64,000 nucleotides of DNA from positions 2,588 to 66,587 of the IMG/VR virus record IMGVR_UViG_3300049329_000003; one strand, written 5' to 3'. How positions within the stretch are numbered: the first letter of the stretch is position 1; every line of letters begins with the position of its first letter. This stretch comes from a virus (taxonomy: Duplodnaviria > Caudoviricetes). A program made the position numbers and the translations under genes. The notes under the pieces were generated by a model. That model searched no databases. It saw nothing but the letters and a program-made list of their open reading frames with translations, and was not told the DNA's origin. Below, in pieces: positions 35,072 to 44,355 of the stretch.

Positions 35072-36545
35072 TCCGCATGAACCTCTCAGCCTGTTCGTTG
35101 AGATAGGCAATCTGACGGTCGATATCGGCTATCTTCGCAGCTTCCTGAATCGGATCCACCGGCGCAGTCATCGGTGTCTCCTCAGGCGGCTTCGTCGCCA
35201 TCTCAATCAACCGTTCAGGCGACATCGGAGACGCTATTCCCGGTACCATGCGGATGTCTCCGAGAGGTGCGCCGAGAGTCTTCTTACCGATTGCGGTGTA
35301 GAATTGGTCAATCGTGCTTGCGCCTGATCGAAAGACTTCCGATTCGCGCTTAACCAAGGCATCCTTGTCTTCTTCCAGTACTCGAACGTTCGTTGTATCA
35401 AACCAAAATTGATCATCTTCGGTTAAGTCCGAGAATTCCGGCTTTAGCTGCCAGTTGATCTCTTCCTCCCAAACGCTTTGGATGGGAATGATCACTTCCT
35501 CGTAACCCTGTTGCCGAGCCTGCTCACTAGACGCGTAGCTCGTGCCGTTTTGCAGCCCCACAAGCAATCCTAATGTTGGCGCGGGGATTTGCAATACCGC
35601 CGCAACGCGAGACTCGGGAATAAGCCTAAGTGCCGATAAGTCTAACTCCTGTGGGCTGAATCCTACCTTCTCAAAATCAATCGGCTCGCTCAGCACGATT
35701 GGCTCACCAGCCCGATCGCCAGTTGTCTTCCGCATCCAGCCTTCCTTCATCGCCGCGGCTTTCGTTGCATCCACCCGCACTTCCTTGTCCTTGGGCGAGA
35801 TCACGGGCACCTGAATGCCCATGTTGCGCATGATCGCTGCCGTAAATTGCGCCATTTTGTCGTCGCCGTAGAGTTCCTTGACGAGTGGGGCGAATGGTTG
35901 GCGAGTGCGTCGATCCTCGCCTAAAGGACCGCGTTTAAGGTGCAGCACATCAGCCGCCGGCCATAGCACCGGAGCCTTACCAGGGACATCAAACTGATAG
36001 TGCGAGAGGAATGGATCGAGCGATGTTTCACGTGGAACCTCGGGTGCGCCTCCGTCCCCCGGCCAGCGCGGGCGGATTAGGTAGTGCGGTATATGCCACA
36101 GTTCGATTAGTTGCCCGCCTACGTCGCGTACCTTCTTGAACCTGACTCCACCATCGATCCACCAGTCGATTGAGGCTGCCTGCGAGTAGTTGGCCCAGAT
36201 GTGGTGTTTGTTTGGGCGACGGATGAGTTGGGCGAGGGCGTGATTTGCGTCGATCTGCGTGTCGCCGTCCTTGTTGATGCGTCGGATGACGGGCTTGGCT
36301 TCAGGAAGTCGTGTCCCGGTGTAATTGAACACGCAGGCGACAAGCGAGTGGCTGTCGAGATTTCCTACTTCACGCTTATAATCAACGGTTGCAGGTGGAT
36401 TCCAATGATTCCAGCGGAAGCGATAGTCGGGGAAGTTATCGTACGTGTTAGCTTGGGCGAAGTCTGGAGCTGGAGAGGCAGCTTTCTGCTCGGTTAAAGC
36501 ACGATAAGCTTTGGAGATACGGTTAATGAGACTGAATTCAGCCAT
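35055..36545 (-). CDS. Portal protein (HK97-like)
   Basis: LIRRPNKHH, LWHIPHYLIRP, VLHLK, IAAVLQIP-type and IIPIQSVWEEEIN motifs; follows terL. Confidence 0.93.
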   Translation of the reverse strand: MAEFSLINRISKAYRALTEQKAASPAPDFAQANTYDNFPDYRFRWNHWNPPATVDYKREVGNLDSHSLVACVFNYTGTRLPEAKPVIRRINKDGDTQIDANHALAQLIRRPNKHHIWANYSQAASIDWWIDGGVRFKKVRDVGGQLIELWHIPHYLIRPRWPGDGGAPEVPRETSLDPFLSHYQFDVPGKAPVLWPAADVLHLKRGPLGEDRRTRQPFAPLVKELYGDDKMAQFTAAIMRNMGIQVPVISPKDKEVRVDATKAAAMKEGWMRKTTGDRAGEPIVLSEPIDFEKVGFSPQELDLSALRLIPESRVAAVLQIPAPTLGLLVGLQNGTSYASSEQARQQGYEEVIIPIQSVWEEEINWQLKPEFSDLTEDDQFWFDTTNVRVLEEDKDALVKRESEVFRSGASTIDQFYTAIGKKTLGAPLGDIRMVPGIASPMSPERLIEMATKPPEETPMTAPVDPIQEAAKIADIDRQIAYLNEQAERFMRNADSR

Positions 36546-38033
36546 TTAGAACATTTCTAGTTCGCGAACGTTAGCCAGCTTAGAAAACGCCCCGCTTGCC
36601 GCATCTACCTGATCGTCGTTATCACCATGCGGAAATGCGGTTAACTCATTGCGAAACGCGATATTCCAATCTGCTTTGAGTACTCTTACGTTTTGACCTT
36701 CACACTGGCTGGCAAAGGGATCGGCGCGAGTCTCCTTGTCGTTTTTCGCCATCTCAGTATGAACGCTAAAGCCCGCCATGTCACGAATAATGTTCGCAAT
36801 GACCTCTACGGCCAAGCCCGGCACTTTCTCAATCCAAGTTGGAATGACGCCATACTTATTGAGATCTGACTGCGCCGTGTCCTTCATCTTTTGGTTCCGA
36901 TCTCTTGGAGACCACTGACCGCGCTGGATGTCCTCGACGTAGAAGAGACCGCCGTGCTCAGCCATGAGACAGCCGACTGAGTAATCCGCCTTCGTACTAT
37001 CACTGCCACCTAGATCCCAATAACGGACACGGTTCGCGCCAACAGGAACCACGCTAACCTCGTGCGCGAGATCTGAAAGCTTGAACAGCCCACCTTCCCT
37101 TGGTGCTGGTCGCTGGCGATAGAGCGCGTTCCAATAGTAAGGGCCAATGCGCTGCTGAATCTTTCTCAGCTTCTCAATCGGATACCGCTCGGGACATAAG
37201 GCTTCCCCAACCGCACGATCATCAGGCTCAAGCGTGCAAGTGGGCGGGATCTCTATCGACTTCTCTTCCTTGATCGCCTCCAGACAGACAATATGCCAGT
37301 GCTCCGGCTCCTCGCCTGTCTCTTGAGCTAAAAGCCAGCCAGGGAGGTCTGATTGATTCCAGCGAGTAGCTTGGAGGACTATCGCCCCATTTGGCTCCTC
37401 GCGCGTGTAAAACGTTGACGGATACCAGTCTTGGTGATCTCGCTGGACGGCCTCGGATAATGCTTCTTTAGCATTCTTAATCGGGTCGTCAATGATGCCG
37501 AGGTGAAATCCCTTGCCAGTGATAGGGCCACCAACACCCGCAGACCATAGCCCGCCGCCTTGATCTGTCTCCCAATGCTTTACCGCTCGAGCTGATTCGC
37601 GCATTTCGCTGCCGCTGCTAAGGTAATTATCGCGGGAGTTGCGTGAGAGGGTGAAAGCTAATTCCGCTGCGTAGGAATTGATACCTGCCCAACGTTCCGG
37701 AAACAGGTTGAGGTAGTAAGCTGAGAATAAGCGTGAGAGTAGCTCCGACTTGCCATGCCGAGGAGGAGCGAAGATCATCACGCGATTTAGCTCACCTTGA
37801 GCCACGCGGATGAGCACCTTGGCTATCTTGATGCAGTGGGGATACCACTTGAAACGAGGGTTAGCGGTTGAGACGAAAGATTGGAAGCCTTCAAGGCTCG
37901 GTTGGCGGGATAGACGGTGCTGCGGCCCTTGCCCGCTCAATGGCTTCGAGAAGGCGAACTGATTTGTCTGCCATGACTCCGTGGAGAACGGCAAGCTTAT
38001 CGGCTGATTGTTGTCGTAAGTATTCGTCCTCAC
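36546..38033 (-). CDS. terL: Terminase large subunit
   Basis: Walker A RVMIFAPPRHGKS, Walker B GIIDDP, nuclease YWDLG...HGDNDDQVDA; start codon uncertain. Confidence 0.96.
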   Translation of the reverse strand: MRTNTYDNNQPISLPFSTESWQTNQFAFSKPLSGQGPQHRLSRQPSLEGFQSFVSTANPRFKWYPHCIKIAKVLIRVAQGELNRVMIFAPPRHGKSELLSRLFSAYYLNLFPERWAGINSYAAELAFTLSRNSRDNYLSSGSEMRESARAVKHWETDQGGGLWSAGVGGPITGKGFHLGIIDDPIKNAKEALSEAVQRDHQDWYPSTFYTREEPNGAIVLQATRWNQSDLPGWLLAQETGEEPEHWHIVCLEAIKEEKSIEIPPTCTLEPDDRAVGEALCPERYPIEKLRKIQQRIGPYYWNALYRQRPAPREGGLFKLSDLAHEVSVVPVGANRVRYWDLGGSDSTKADYSVGCLMAEHGGLFYVEDIQRGQWSPRDRNQKMKDTAQSDLNKYGVIPTWIEKVPGLAVEVIANIIRDMAGFSVHTEMAKNDKETRADPFASQCEGQNVRVLKADWNIAFRNELTAFPHGDNDDQVDAASGAFSKLANVRELEMF

Positions 38034-38283
38034 TGGCTATCCGAGCCTGCGCCTGAAGTGCGTTCAGGTTCGAGGTCAGGTAATCAAATAACAGATTCTC
38101 AATCTTTTCGCCACGGTTTTTGTTCCGAAGATCTCCGAATTCCTCTTCTACACGGCGCTTGAGGTCGCTCACCGTGCTGTCAGGTAGGTTGTATTGTTCT
38201 GACACTTCGGTAACGCCTTGACCGGCCAGTAGGGCCGACATGACTTCGGCTTGAACTTCATCTGAGTGTTTGCGGCCTCTCAT
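37891..38283 (-). CDS. terS: Terminase small subunit
   Basis: N-terminal HTH (LLAGQGVTEVSEQYNLPDSTVS), directly upstream of and overlapping terL. Confidence 0.8.
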   Translation of the reverse strand: MRGRKHSDEVQAEVMSALLAGQGVTEVSEQYNLPDSTVSDLKRRVEEEFGDLRNKNRGEKIENLLFDYLTSNLNALQAQARIASEDEYLRQQSADKLAVLHGVMADKSVRLLEAIERARAAAPSIPPTEP

Positions 38284-38630
38284 AGTAGCACTGCTTCTAC
38301 GTAGTCGTATTCGCCCATCCACTACCATCCAAAACGTCTGCCAATGTGGCTAGTAATCGCGATGTTAGTCCGTATCACGCCCACGAGTATGCCCAGTATA
38401 AAACTAACAATGCCGATTAAAACCATCCATGCAGTTGTGCTCATTCTTCATTGCTCCGGTGACTGGCGACGTAAGTTCATCTGCCAATATGAATATATCG
38501 TGGCTGCATGAAAAGCAACATATGCCGCCGCCAGCGGGCCAGCGATTACGTGATCAATCGAAGCATATAAACATATGAAAATCTGTCCGGCACTAAAGCA
38601 AATCCCTGTTTTACTCCACTTGCTCATTTC

Positions 38631-38855
38631 TTACTCCGGCGCGGGTAGCGTTGCCGTTGCCTGACTACACGTAAACCAGTGTTGCGGCAGATCCATGCAG
38701 CACTCACTACAGTAACCAAGCAGTCGCGCTTTCGTACGCGCCGCAACGTTGAAGTCGTCCTCGCTCCATGCCTTACGCTTGTGGCTGCGCATGCTGGCGT
38801 TAGCCGCATCGGTAGCCACAGCATGTGCCAAATCGGAAGTTAGTTCCATGCTCAT
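38631..38855 (-). CDS. Hypothetical protein with CxxC motifs
   Basis: 74 aa coupled to the HTH gene; followed by two short TM ORFs at ~38322-38626. Confidence 0.6.
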   Translation of the reverse strand: MSMELTSDLAHAVATDAANASMRSHKRKAWSEDDFNVAARTKARLLGYCSECCMDLPQHWFTCSQATATLPAPE

Positions 38856-39052
38856 TTCGCCTCTCTCCGTGGCCTGCCCGCACGCTTCATATTATCGTTA
38901 GGTTTCCATTGATTCAACGATTGCCGCACGATCATCCGACTAGGGATATCAATCGTGACAGTCGCTAGCTTTCCCGACTTGATAGCAGCCTGCACAGCCT
39001 GACGCGTGACTCCTTTGATTCTTGCTGCGTCGTTAATCGTGACTGGCTTCAT
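38852..39052 (-). CDS. Small excisionase/MerR-like HTH protein (paralogue A), leaderless
   Basis: VTINDAARIKGVTRQAVQAAIKSGKL. Confidence 0.88.
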   Translation of the reverse strand: MKPVTINDAARIKGVTRQAVQAAIKSGKLATVTIDIPSRMIVRQSLNQWKPNDNMKRAGRPRREAK

Positions 39053-39143
39053 AGACGCAAATGTACACCTTGGAAGTTATTTTGTCAAGGGCTAATTTAT
39101 TTGCTTGACAGGGGCAAATAACTAGTGTACAGTCCCTCTCACG
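39053..39143. promoter_or_regulatory. Divergent sigma70 promoter pair (switch A)
   Basis: Minus: TTGACA(39088-83)-17-TACATT-7-ATG; plus: TTGACA(39105-10)-17-TACAGT-10-ATG 39144. Confidence 0.85.
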
Positions 39144-39255
39144 ATGACAAAGACGGACACAGCGGAGGTTATGACGATGCAAAGCCGCTCTCCCGTCTTA
39201 ACGAAGCAGCGATGATGTTCGAAACTAAGGACCGTCAACTCAACCAAGGGGAACG

Positions 39256-39735
39256 ATGATGAGTGAAGATAATTGTGCTTACGTCTACGAAAAGGCAGAA
39301 CTAATGCGCTGTGGCAGAAGTCGCGAGAAGCACGTGGTGGGAATGAGCCATAGCTTTGTCGATCCCGACTCGGAAATCGTACCGACGCAACCCGCGCCGG
39401 ATACAGGCGGGGAGTGGCGCTACAAATATGAGCCGGACCTAAGCAGGACCGGCCAATATACACTATACGACGATCGAGACTGTCCGCTGGCTGAGATTTA
39501 CGATCAGCAAGTAGCCGCGCAAATCGTCTCAGACCGCAACGTCGTGCCGAAACTCGTGGCAGCGCTCAAAGATGCCCTCTTTGAAGCCGAAGTCTCAACT
39601 GTGCTCTGGCACCAATCGCGAGGATTTATCGGTATCGTAAAGGACGCTTACGACAAGGGACTAATGCCGCCTGCGTTTGTACGCGCTCGCGCTGCCCTTG
39701 CCGCCGTGAGCCGGGAGGGGGATGAGCGCAAGTGA
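39256..39735 (+). CDS. Hypothetical early protein
   Basis: 159 aa, GGGGAA RBS. Confidence 0.7.
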   Translation: MMSEDNCAYVYEKAELMRCGRSREKHVVGMSHSFVDPDSEIVPTQPAPDTGGEWRYKYEPDLSRTGQYTLYDDRDCPLAEIYDQQVAAQIVSDRNVVPKLVAALKDALFEAEVSTVLWHQSRGFIGIVKDAYDKGLMPPAFVRARAALAAVSREGDERK

Positions 39736-39989
39736 ATTATCACGAAATGTACCAAGCACTGCCACCTAAAGCCCAACGAGCTATTAGACAGTTGATGCGG
39801 GCTGTTCTGGAGTGCGATACGCGACATCCAGTAGTGCAAAATCAGACCTGTACTTCGAGCCTGGAAACTGGAATAGCGGAGATTTTGCAATGTACCAGAA
39901 AAATCAAAAAGTCAGACGAGGAGAGCCGCGCTCCTACTGGATACCTGCGTTCTGCTCCGTATGTCTACGAGGAGGACTTACGACAATGA
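39732..39989 (+). CDS. Hypothetical early protein
   Basis: GTGA/ATGA coupling on both sides. Confidence 0.6.
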   Translation: MNYHEMYQALPPKAQRAIRQLMRAVLECDTRHPVVQNQTCTSSLETGIAEILQCTRKIKKSDEESRAPTGYLRSAPYVYEEDLRQ

Positions 39990-40186
39990 TCTTCCCCCCA
40001 AAAAAACCACTCAGGCTGACAATCGACGATCAGATCGAGACGAGGATCTACCAGGCCAAGCAGTCAATGAGGTTTCCCGTGGACGGGGAGACAACAGCGA
40101 AGTTGAAGCGGGTGCTCACGCTGGACACGAGTGTGGAGATTCCGTGGTGGAGACGGTTGCTGAGATGGCTGCAAAGAACGGGGTGA
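39986..40186 (+). CDS. Hypothetical early protein
   Basis: ATG 39986 overlaps the upstream stop; GGAGG upstream. Confidence 0.55.
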   Translation: MIFPPKKPLRLTIDDQIETRIYQAKQSMRFPVDGETTAKLKRVLTLDTSVEIPWWRRLLRWLQRTG

Positions 40187-40200
40187 GATTTATTTTTGTG

Positions 40201-40237
40201 TTGACTTACACAACAAGTTGTTGTATGCTGCGTGAGC
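40201..40237 (+). promoter_or_regulatory. Sigma70 promoter with palindromic operator
   Basis: TTGACT-17-TATGCT-8-ATG; ACAACAA-G-TTGTTGT palindrome at 40210-40224. Confidence 0.85.
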
Positions 40238-40366
40238 ATGAAAATAGCAACGTGCAAGTGCAAGCGATGTAAGTACGAGTGGGTGCCGCGCACGACGAGG
40301 GTGCCGAGACAATGCCCGAAGTGTTGGGCTACTGACTGGAATCAGCCGAGAGGGAAAACTAAATGA
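40238..40366 (+). CDS. 42-aa zinc-ribbon protein, probable autoregulator, leaderless
   Basis: MKIATCKCKRCKYEWVPRTTRVPRQCPKCWATDWNQPRGKTK; two CxxC pairs; ATGA coupling. Confidence 0.8.
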   Translation: MKIATCKCKRCKYEWVPRTTRVPRQCPKCWATDWNQPRGKTK

Positions 40367-40770
40367 GATGCGATCAATGTAATAAATTTGCGGCTTACGA
40401 TGACTCGACAGAGCCGGAAGTAGACCTCGACTTCAATGAAGATGGAAGTTACAGCGGTCAGGTGCGAATCGTATTAACGCATGACGAGTGTGGGCAAGAG
40501 TTGAAAGAGGCGTCATTTGACTTCGAGGGAGAAGTGCCGGAAGAAGTCATCAAAAAACACAGGGGTGATGGTCATGTTTTGGACCTAAAGGCAGATTCAG
40601 GCGAACTTACATCGCGCTACGAAGGCAAAGGACGTTATACCAAGACATTCTATGGTTACGACGTGGCCCTGAACTTAACCTGCAACTGTCAGGAACACGG
40701 AGCGGAGTCGCTGTGGCAGGGAAGCGCTACCGATGACATTCAGGCGTCGTACATGGATGAGTTAGTTTAG
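40363..40770 (+). CDS. Acidic hypothetical protein with Cys/His motifs
   Basis: 135 aa ORF. Confidence 0.7.
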   Translation: MRCDQCNKFAAYDDSTEPEVDLDFNEDGSYSGQVRIVLTHDECGQELKEASFDFEGEVPEEVIKKHRGDGHVLDLKADSGELTSRYEGKGRYTKTFYGYDVALNLTCNCQEHGAESLWQGSATDDIQASYMDELV

Positions 40771-40792
40771 GCCGAAGATCGGAGCCCGCAAA

Positions 40793-41017
40793 TTGAACGA
40801 AATTGAATACCTCGACAGTGTTGACGGGAAACTACAGGCAATCTTCGATCTGGCAGTTGCGGCGCGAGACGAAGCACAAGCGGCACTGGCAGCAGTGCGG
40901 GCGTTGAAAGGTGATCTGCGGGCGTTGAAAGGTGATCTGTTACGCCGGAAGCTTGAGTTGCAGCGAGAGGAACTCGCAAGGAGAGAGGAGGGGTTGAGTG
41001 ATGGCGTTAGCAGTTGA
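40793..41017 (+). CDS. Coiled-coil hypothetical protein
   Basis: 74 aa containing a perfect 21-nt tandem duplication. Confidence 0.6.
   Translation: MNEIEYLDSVDGKLQAIFDLAVAARDEAQAALAAVRALKGDLRALKGDLLRRKLELQREELARREEGLSDGVSS
40897..40938 (+). repeat. Perfect 21-nt tandem repeat (RALKGDL x2)
   Basis: GCGGGCGTTGAAAGGTGATCT twice. Confidence 0.95.
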
Positions 41018-41174
41018 AGATCGCGCTGAACGATTACGAGAATTATTACACCGATCCGAAGTCAAAGAAGCCATGCTTGAACGTTGCGATGAGCAGGGCC
41101 ACGACTACGAAAATTGCTGCTCTCCGATGTTTCAAATCTACCAAAGTTGTAAATGGTGCGGACAGGTTCGATAG
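41001..41174 (+). CDS. 57-aa Cys-containing protein
   Basis: MALAVEDRAERL...CDEQGHDYENCC...CKWCGQVR; GAGG upstream. Confidence 0.6.
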   Translation: MALAVEDRAERLRELLHRSEVKEAMLERCDEQGHDYENCCSPMFQIYQSCKWCGQVR

Positions 41175-41203
41175 CACCAGTTGAAAAGGAGCGGGGTGAG
41201 AGG

Positions 41204-41383
41204 ATGACAAGTAAGGAACGAGACGCCAAAGTTGAAGCGTTGAATGAAGCTGCCGAGCATCTAGAAATGAACTGGTCAGACGATGCGGAGGAGCGCAGGC
41301 AGGGGCGAATAGTGGCCGCTGAGCTACGTCGCAGAGTTGATCGGCTGATGGCTACGACCACCACCAAGGAGCATGAGGGATGA
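41204..41383 (+). CDS. Hypothetical protein
   Basis: GAGAGG-ATG 41204. Confidence 0.6.
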   Translation: MTSKERDAKVEALNEAAEHLEMNWSDDAEERRQGRIVAAELRRRVDRLMATTTTKEHEG

Positions 41384-41637
41384 GCAGGAAGAAATCTATC
41401 ACAGCTAAAAGCATGGCAGATGAGCTAGACAGCGGCGAATACCCGAAGCGATTTGAGATCGTCGTTGACCGTCATGCCAAAGATCCGACGAAAGTGCTGG
41501 TTACACGTACCTGTGACAATATGAGTGGATTTGAACTCTACGGATTATTGCAAGTGGTATTGCGGGCCGTGGAAATGCAGATCACGTTCCCTGAGATTCG
41601 ACGCTCTGATGGCTACAGACTAGAACGAGAGGAGTAG
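41380..41637 (+). CDS. Hypothetical protein
   Basis: 85 aa, coupled. Confidence 0.6.
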   Translation: MSRKKSITAKSMADELDSGEYPKRFEIVVDRHAKDPTKVLVTRTCDNMSGFELYGLLQVVLRAVEMQITFPEIRRSDGYRLEREE

Positions 41638-41644
41638 ATGGCCC

Positions 41645-41869
41645 ATGACCACTGAAATCCACGACGGCAATCGACCGGAACTGATTTGCGTTGGCTGTGG
41701 CAAGAGACCGGATGAACTTGCTGAATACGTCAGCGCGGCCAGTGAAGCGCACAGCGGCGTGGCGGACATGACAGCAGGCGACTACGTCTGGCAGGAAGAA
41801 GGAACAGGGTATACGATGCCAGCAAGCTCAACATGGAGGCCAAAGTGCGATGGTTACTCACGACAATAA
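41645..41869 (+). CDS. Hypothetical CxxC protein
   Basis: LICVGCGKRPDELAEYV...QEEGT. Confidence 0.55.
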   Translation: MTTEIHDGNRPELICVGCGKRPDELAEYVSAASEAHSGVADMTAGDYVWQEEGTGYTMPASSTWRPKCDGYSRQ

Positions 41870-42404
41870 CCGACACAACGAAGGACCGTGGTGCGACGAT
41901 TGTCATGGTTACAGCCACATGCCGTGGTGCTCACGGTACGTGGAAAAGGTATCAGAAGTCGTCTCGGAGGCTGAAAACGTTCCCAGCGGCGATTCTGAGG
42001 CCGTAGCAAAGCAATGCCACGAGCGCAGTGACGGCTTAAACGAACAGGAAATGGGGCAGTTGATTGCCCACATCCACGCCGCGATGGCCGAGGATTGCGA
42101 CTGCCCGCTGCATCGGACTAAGGATGCAGAGATCGATCCCGCGGTCCTGCAACGCGTCTCCACTGCTATTAGTCAGGACCAAGCTTTCGCTTCGTTGACG
42201 ACGGTGCGGGCGGCGATTGCGGACGTGCTGGACGCGGGCTGTTCCTGCACGAATGAAAAGCATCCGTGGGAACTGGATGATACAACGGCGGAAGAATTAG
42301 ACGTGACTAACGGACAACGTGTGCGGTTCATAGACGACGTGTGTCGCCGCATCCTCGCCCTCCAGCGTGAGCCGCATGGAATGGATGCGGGCGGTAGACG
42401 ATGA
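41850..42404 (+). CDS. Modular hypothetical protein
   Basis: 184 aa with several Cys/His clusters. Confidence 0.6.
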   Translation: MVTHDNNRHNEGPWCDDCHGYSHMPWCSRYVEKVSEVVSEAENVPSGDSEAVAKQCHERSDGLNEQEMGQLIAHIHAAMAEDCDCPLHRTKDAEIDPAVLQRVSTAISQDQAFASLTTVRAAIADVLDAGCSCTNEKHPWELDDTTAEELDVTNGQRVRFIDDVCRRILALQREPHGMDAGGRR

Positions 42405-42610
42405 CGGACAGCCTCAAGCAGCAAACCACAACTTGTCCCATTGACGGGATCTTGGTAGTCGATTGTCCACACGCGGTCTGTGAGAGGTGCAGAGCAACTC
42501 TAAACGTCTGCGGAGGCTGTTTCAGATGTGTTGAGTGCCACGATGATTACAGTAATTGTGCGGATTGGTTAATTGCGGTTGAGGTGGTGGTAGTGAAAGG
42601 CGGTAGTTGA
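42401..42610 (+). CDS. Cys-rich small protein
   Basis: CPIDG...CPHAVCERC...CGGCFRCVEC. Confidence 0.6.
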   Translation: MTDSLKQQTTTCPIDGILVVDCPHAVCERCRATLNVCGGCFRCVECHDDYSNCADWLIAVEVVVVKGGS

Positions 42611-42614
42611 AACA

Positions 42615-42815
42615 ATGGGTGAGCTTGATATAGCGAGACTGGTTGCCGTTAATGAATTGCATAAACCGACAACATGGAGGCGCGAACTTATTGCAGCAGG
42701 ATGGATAGAAGAGCGGCATACGGTCTGGAGAGATCCTAATGGTCGTTTGTGGCGCGGGCCGTTCGGCGCATGGCGTGAGATGAAACGGCGCGAGAAAGGC
42801 AAATCAGATGACTGA
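42615..42815 (+). CDS. Hypothetical Trp/Arg-rich protein
   Basis: AAGWIEERHTVWRDPNGRLWRGPFGAW. Confidence 0.65.
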   Translation: MGELDIARLVAVNELHKPTTWRRELIAAGWIEERHTVWRDPNGRLWRGPFGAWREMKRREKGKSDD

Positions 42816-44355
42816 CAAGCAGCAACCACCGGAGCGCGTGTGGTTGGAATTCTTTGATGACAACGTACGCGGCGTATCGGTCTACGTTCCTGAATGGCAC
42901 GACAAGACCCCAATCACTTATCGGCTAGAGCGAATTAAACAAAACGGCTTTCCGTATGCTCTTGTCCACCCGGCAAGTGAACAGTGCGATCTAGGCACAT
43001 GTTCGAGACCGTCTGATTGTCGCTATTATTGCATCGAGCGTCACGCAAGGGTTTGTGTTAGGCCTCGTAATCAACGGCAACCGAACACAGGAACCTGCGA
43101 ACACGGCATTTCATGGAGCATGGAATGTTTATCGTGTGGACATTCAGACTTTGTCGCCGCCCGCGTCCAGCCAGTAGACGAGGCGCGAGTGGAATCACTT
43201 TGGAGGCGTGTTAACGCGGTCAAGGTACAGATTGCCAATGATCACCACGTAGCTGATCAGCCGACGTGGGCTGATGTTCATTACTTGCTTTCCTTGCTCC
43301 CCCAACTCTCCAGTAGTGAGATTGCACGGTGCATTCAAGAGCGAGCGGTCAAGATCCGCAAGGCCGGAAACGACTCCGGCAATGAAAGGGATCAACAATT
43401 CATCGAAGGCGGCATATCGGCTTTGGAGGTTCTGGCTGATGACATCGAAGACGGGACATTTCCCGTCTCCAGTAGTGAGCGCGGCAACGAGCAACGCCAT
43501 CCACGTATGACGCCTGAAGATCATCGGCGAATACAGGAAACCTTGGACTCTCTTCCTGAGTACCCGACCGAGGAAGAAGCAGAATCTTATTTACAAGCCT
43601 GTGGAACGAGCGGCAAAGAAGTTGTTAATCAGTTTATTGAACGCTTACTAAAAGAGCGGCTGGAGTTCAAGGAAGAAGTCGAGCGGCTCCGTGTATTGCT
43701 CTCCAGTAGTGAGCGCCGCTGTCCATCATGTGGTCATGCCGGCGATCTGGATGCAAACGGGATCTGCCAAACACAGATCGGAGCGCGCAACTGGGAGTAC
43801 TGCCAATGCAAGTGCGTGTTCCCTGCCACTGTGGCAGTCATTGAGGGTGAAGAGCAGCACGAGCACGACTGGTACAACGATGGGGATTTACTGCGTTGCT
43901 ACGACTGCACTGCTACAGAGTCGGCTGTGCCCACTGCGACCACTGGCACGACTGACGGATTCGACACGGCCACTGCACATGCAACTACAGCCGAAGGTCT
44001 GAATGACCCGTGGATCGACGCGAACGGTCACGCCTGGGAACGGCGGCACGGTATTGAATGCGTCGAGTGTCCTGATTGTGGTTTCACGTTCGCTGCTATG
44101 CACAAAGATGGGGACGGTAAGGGCTACTCCTGCCCAAATTGCGGAACGGGCGAGACCGCACCAGCAGGAGTCGAAGCAGCAGCGAAAGAGATTGCCGATT
44201 GGATCACTCAAACAACGCCGCTAACTGTCGGTGACGCGTTGCGCTCGAGCATTCAACGCATCATCTTCAAGCACTGCGCTGCTCCGGTGGCGGCTGAGAG
44301 CAGCGAAGTCAAACGTCTTCGTAAAGCTCGAAAGGAAAAGAGGGAGAGTGATTAG
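42808..44355 (+). CDS. Mosaic 515-aa protein built from short zinc-finger and helical modules
   Basis: Many CxxC modules; identical 14-nt linkers at three junctions. Confidence 0.75.
   Translation: MTDKQQPPERVWLEFFDDNVRGVSVYVPEWHDKTPITYRLERIKQNGFPYALVHPASEQCDLGTCSRPSDCRYYCIERHARVCVRPRNQRQPNTGTCEHGISWSMECLSCGHSDFVAARVQPVDEARVESLWRRVNAVKVQIANDHHVADQPTWADVHYLLSLLPQLSSSEIARCIQERAVKIRKAGNDSGNERDQQFIEGGISALEVLADDIEDGTFPVSSSERGNEQRHPRMTPEDHRRIQETLDSLPEYPTEEEAESYLQACGTSGKEVVNQFIERLLKERLEFKEEVERLRVLLSSSERRCPSCGHAGDLDANGICQTQIGARNWEYCQCKCVFPATVAVIEGEEQHEHDWYNDGDLLRCYDCTATESAVPTATTGTTDGFDTATAHATTAEGLNDPWIDANGHAWERRHGIECVECPDCGFTFAAMHKDGDGKGYSCPNCGTGETAPAGVEAAAKEIADWITQTTPLTVGDALRSSIQRIIFKHCAAPVAAESSEVKRLRKARKEKRESD
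43307..43713 (+). repeat. Three copies of TCTCCAGTAGTGAG (encoding SSSE)
   Basis: 43307-43320, 43466-43479, 43700-43713; copies 2 and 3 share 17 nt. Confidence 0.95.

Noticed and set aside
33874-40162. Shared 13-mer GAGACGGTTGCTG at ~33875 and ~40150 (W-x-RRLL-x-W)
   Set aside because: Only two copies of a short match, which may be chance or a common amphipathic C-terminal motif
41645-41869. Possible internal deletion in the CxxC...QEEGT protein
   Set aside because: Based only on recollection of longer family members and cannot be supported without an alignment
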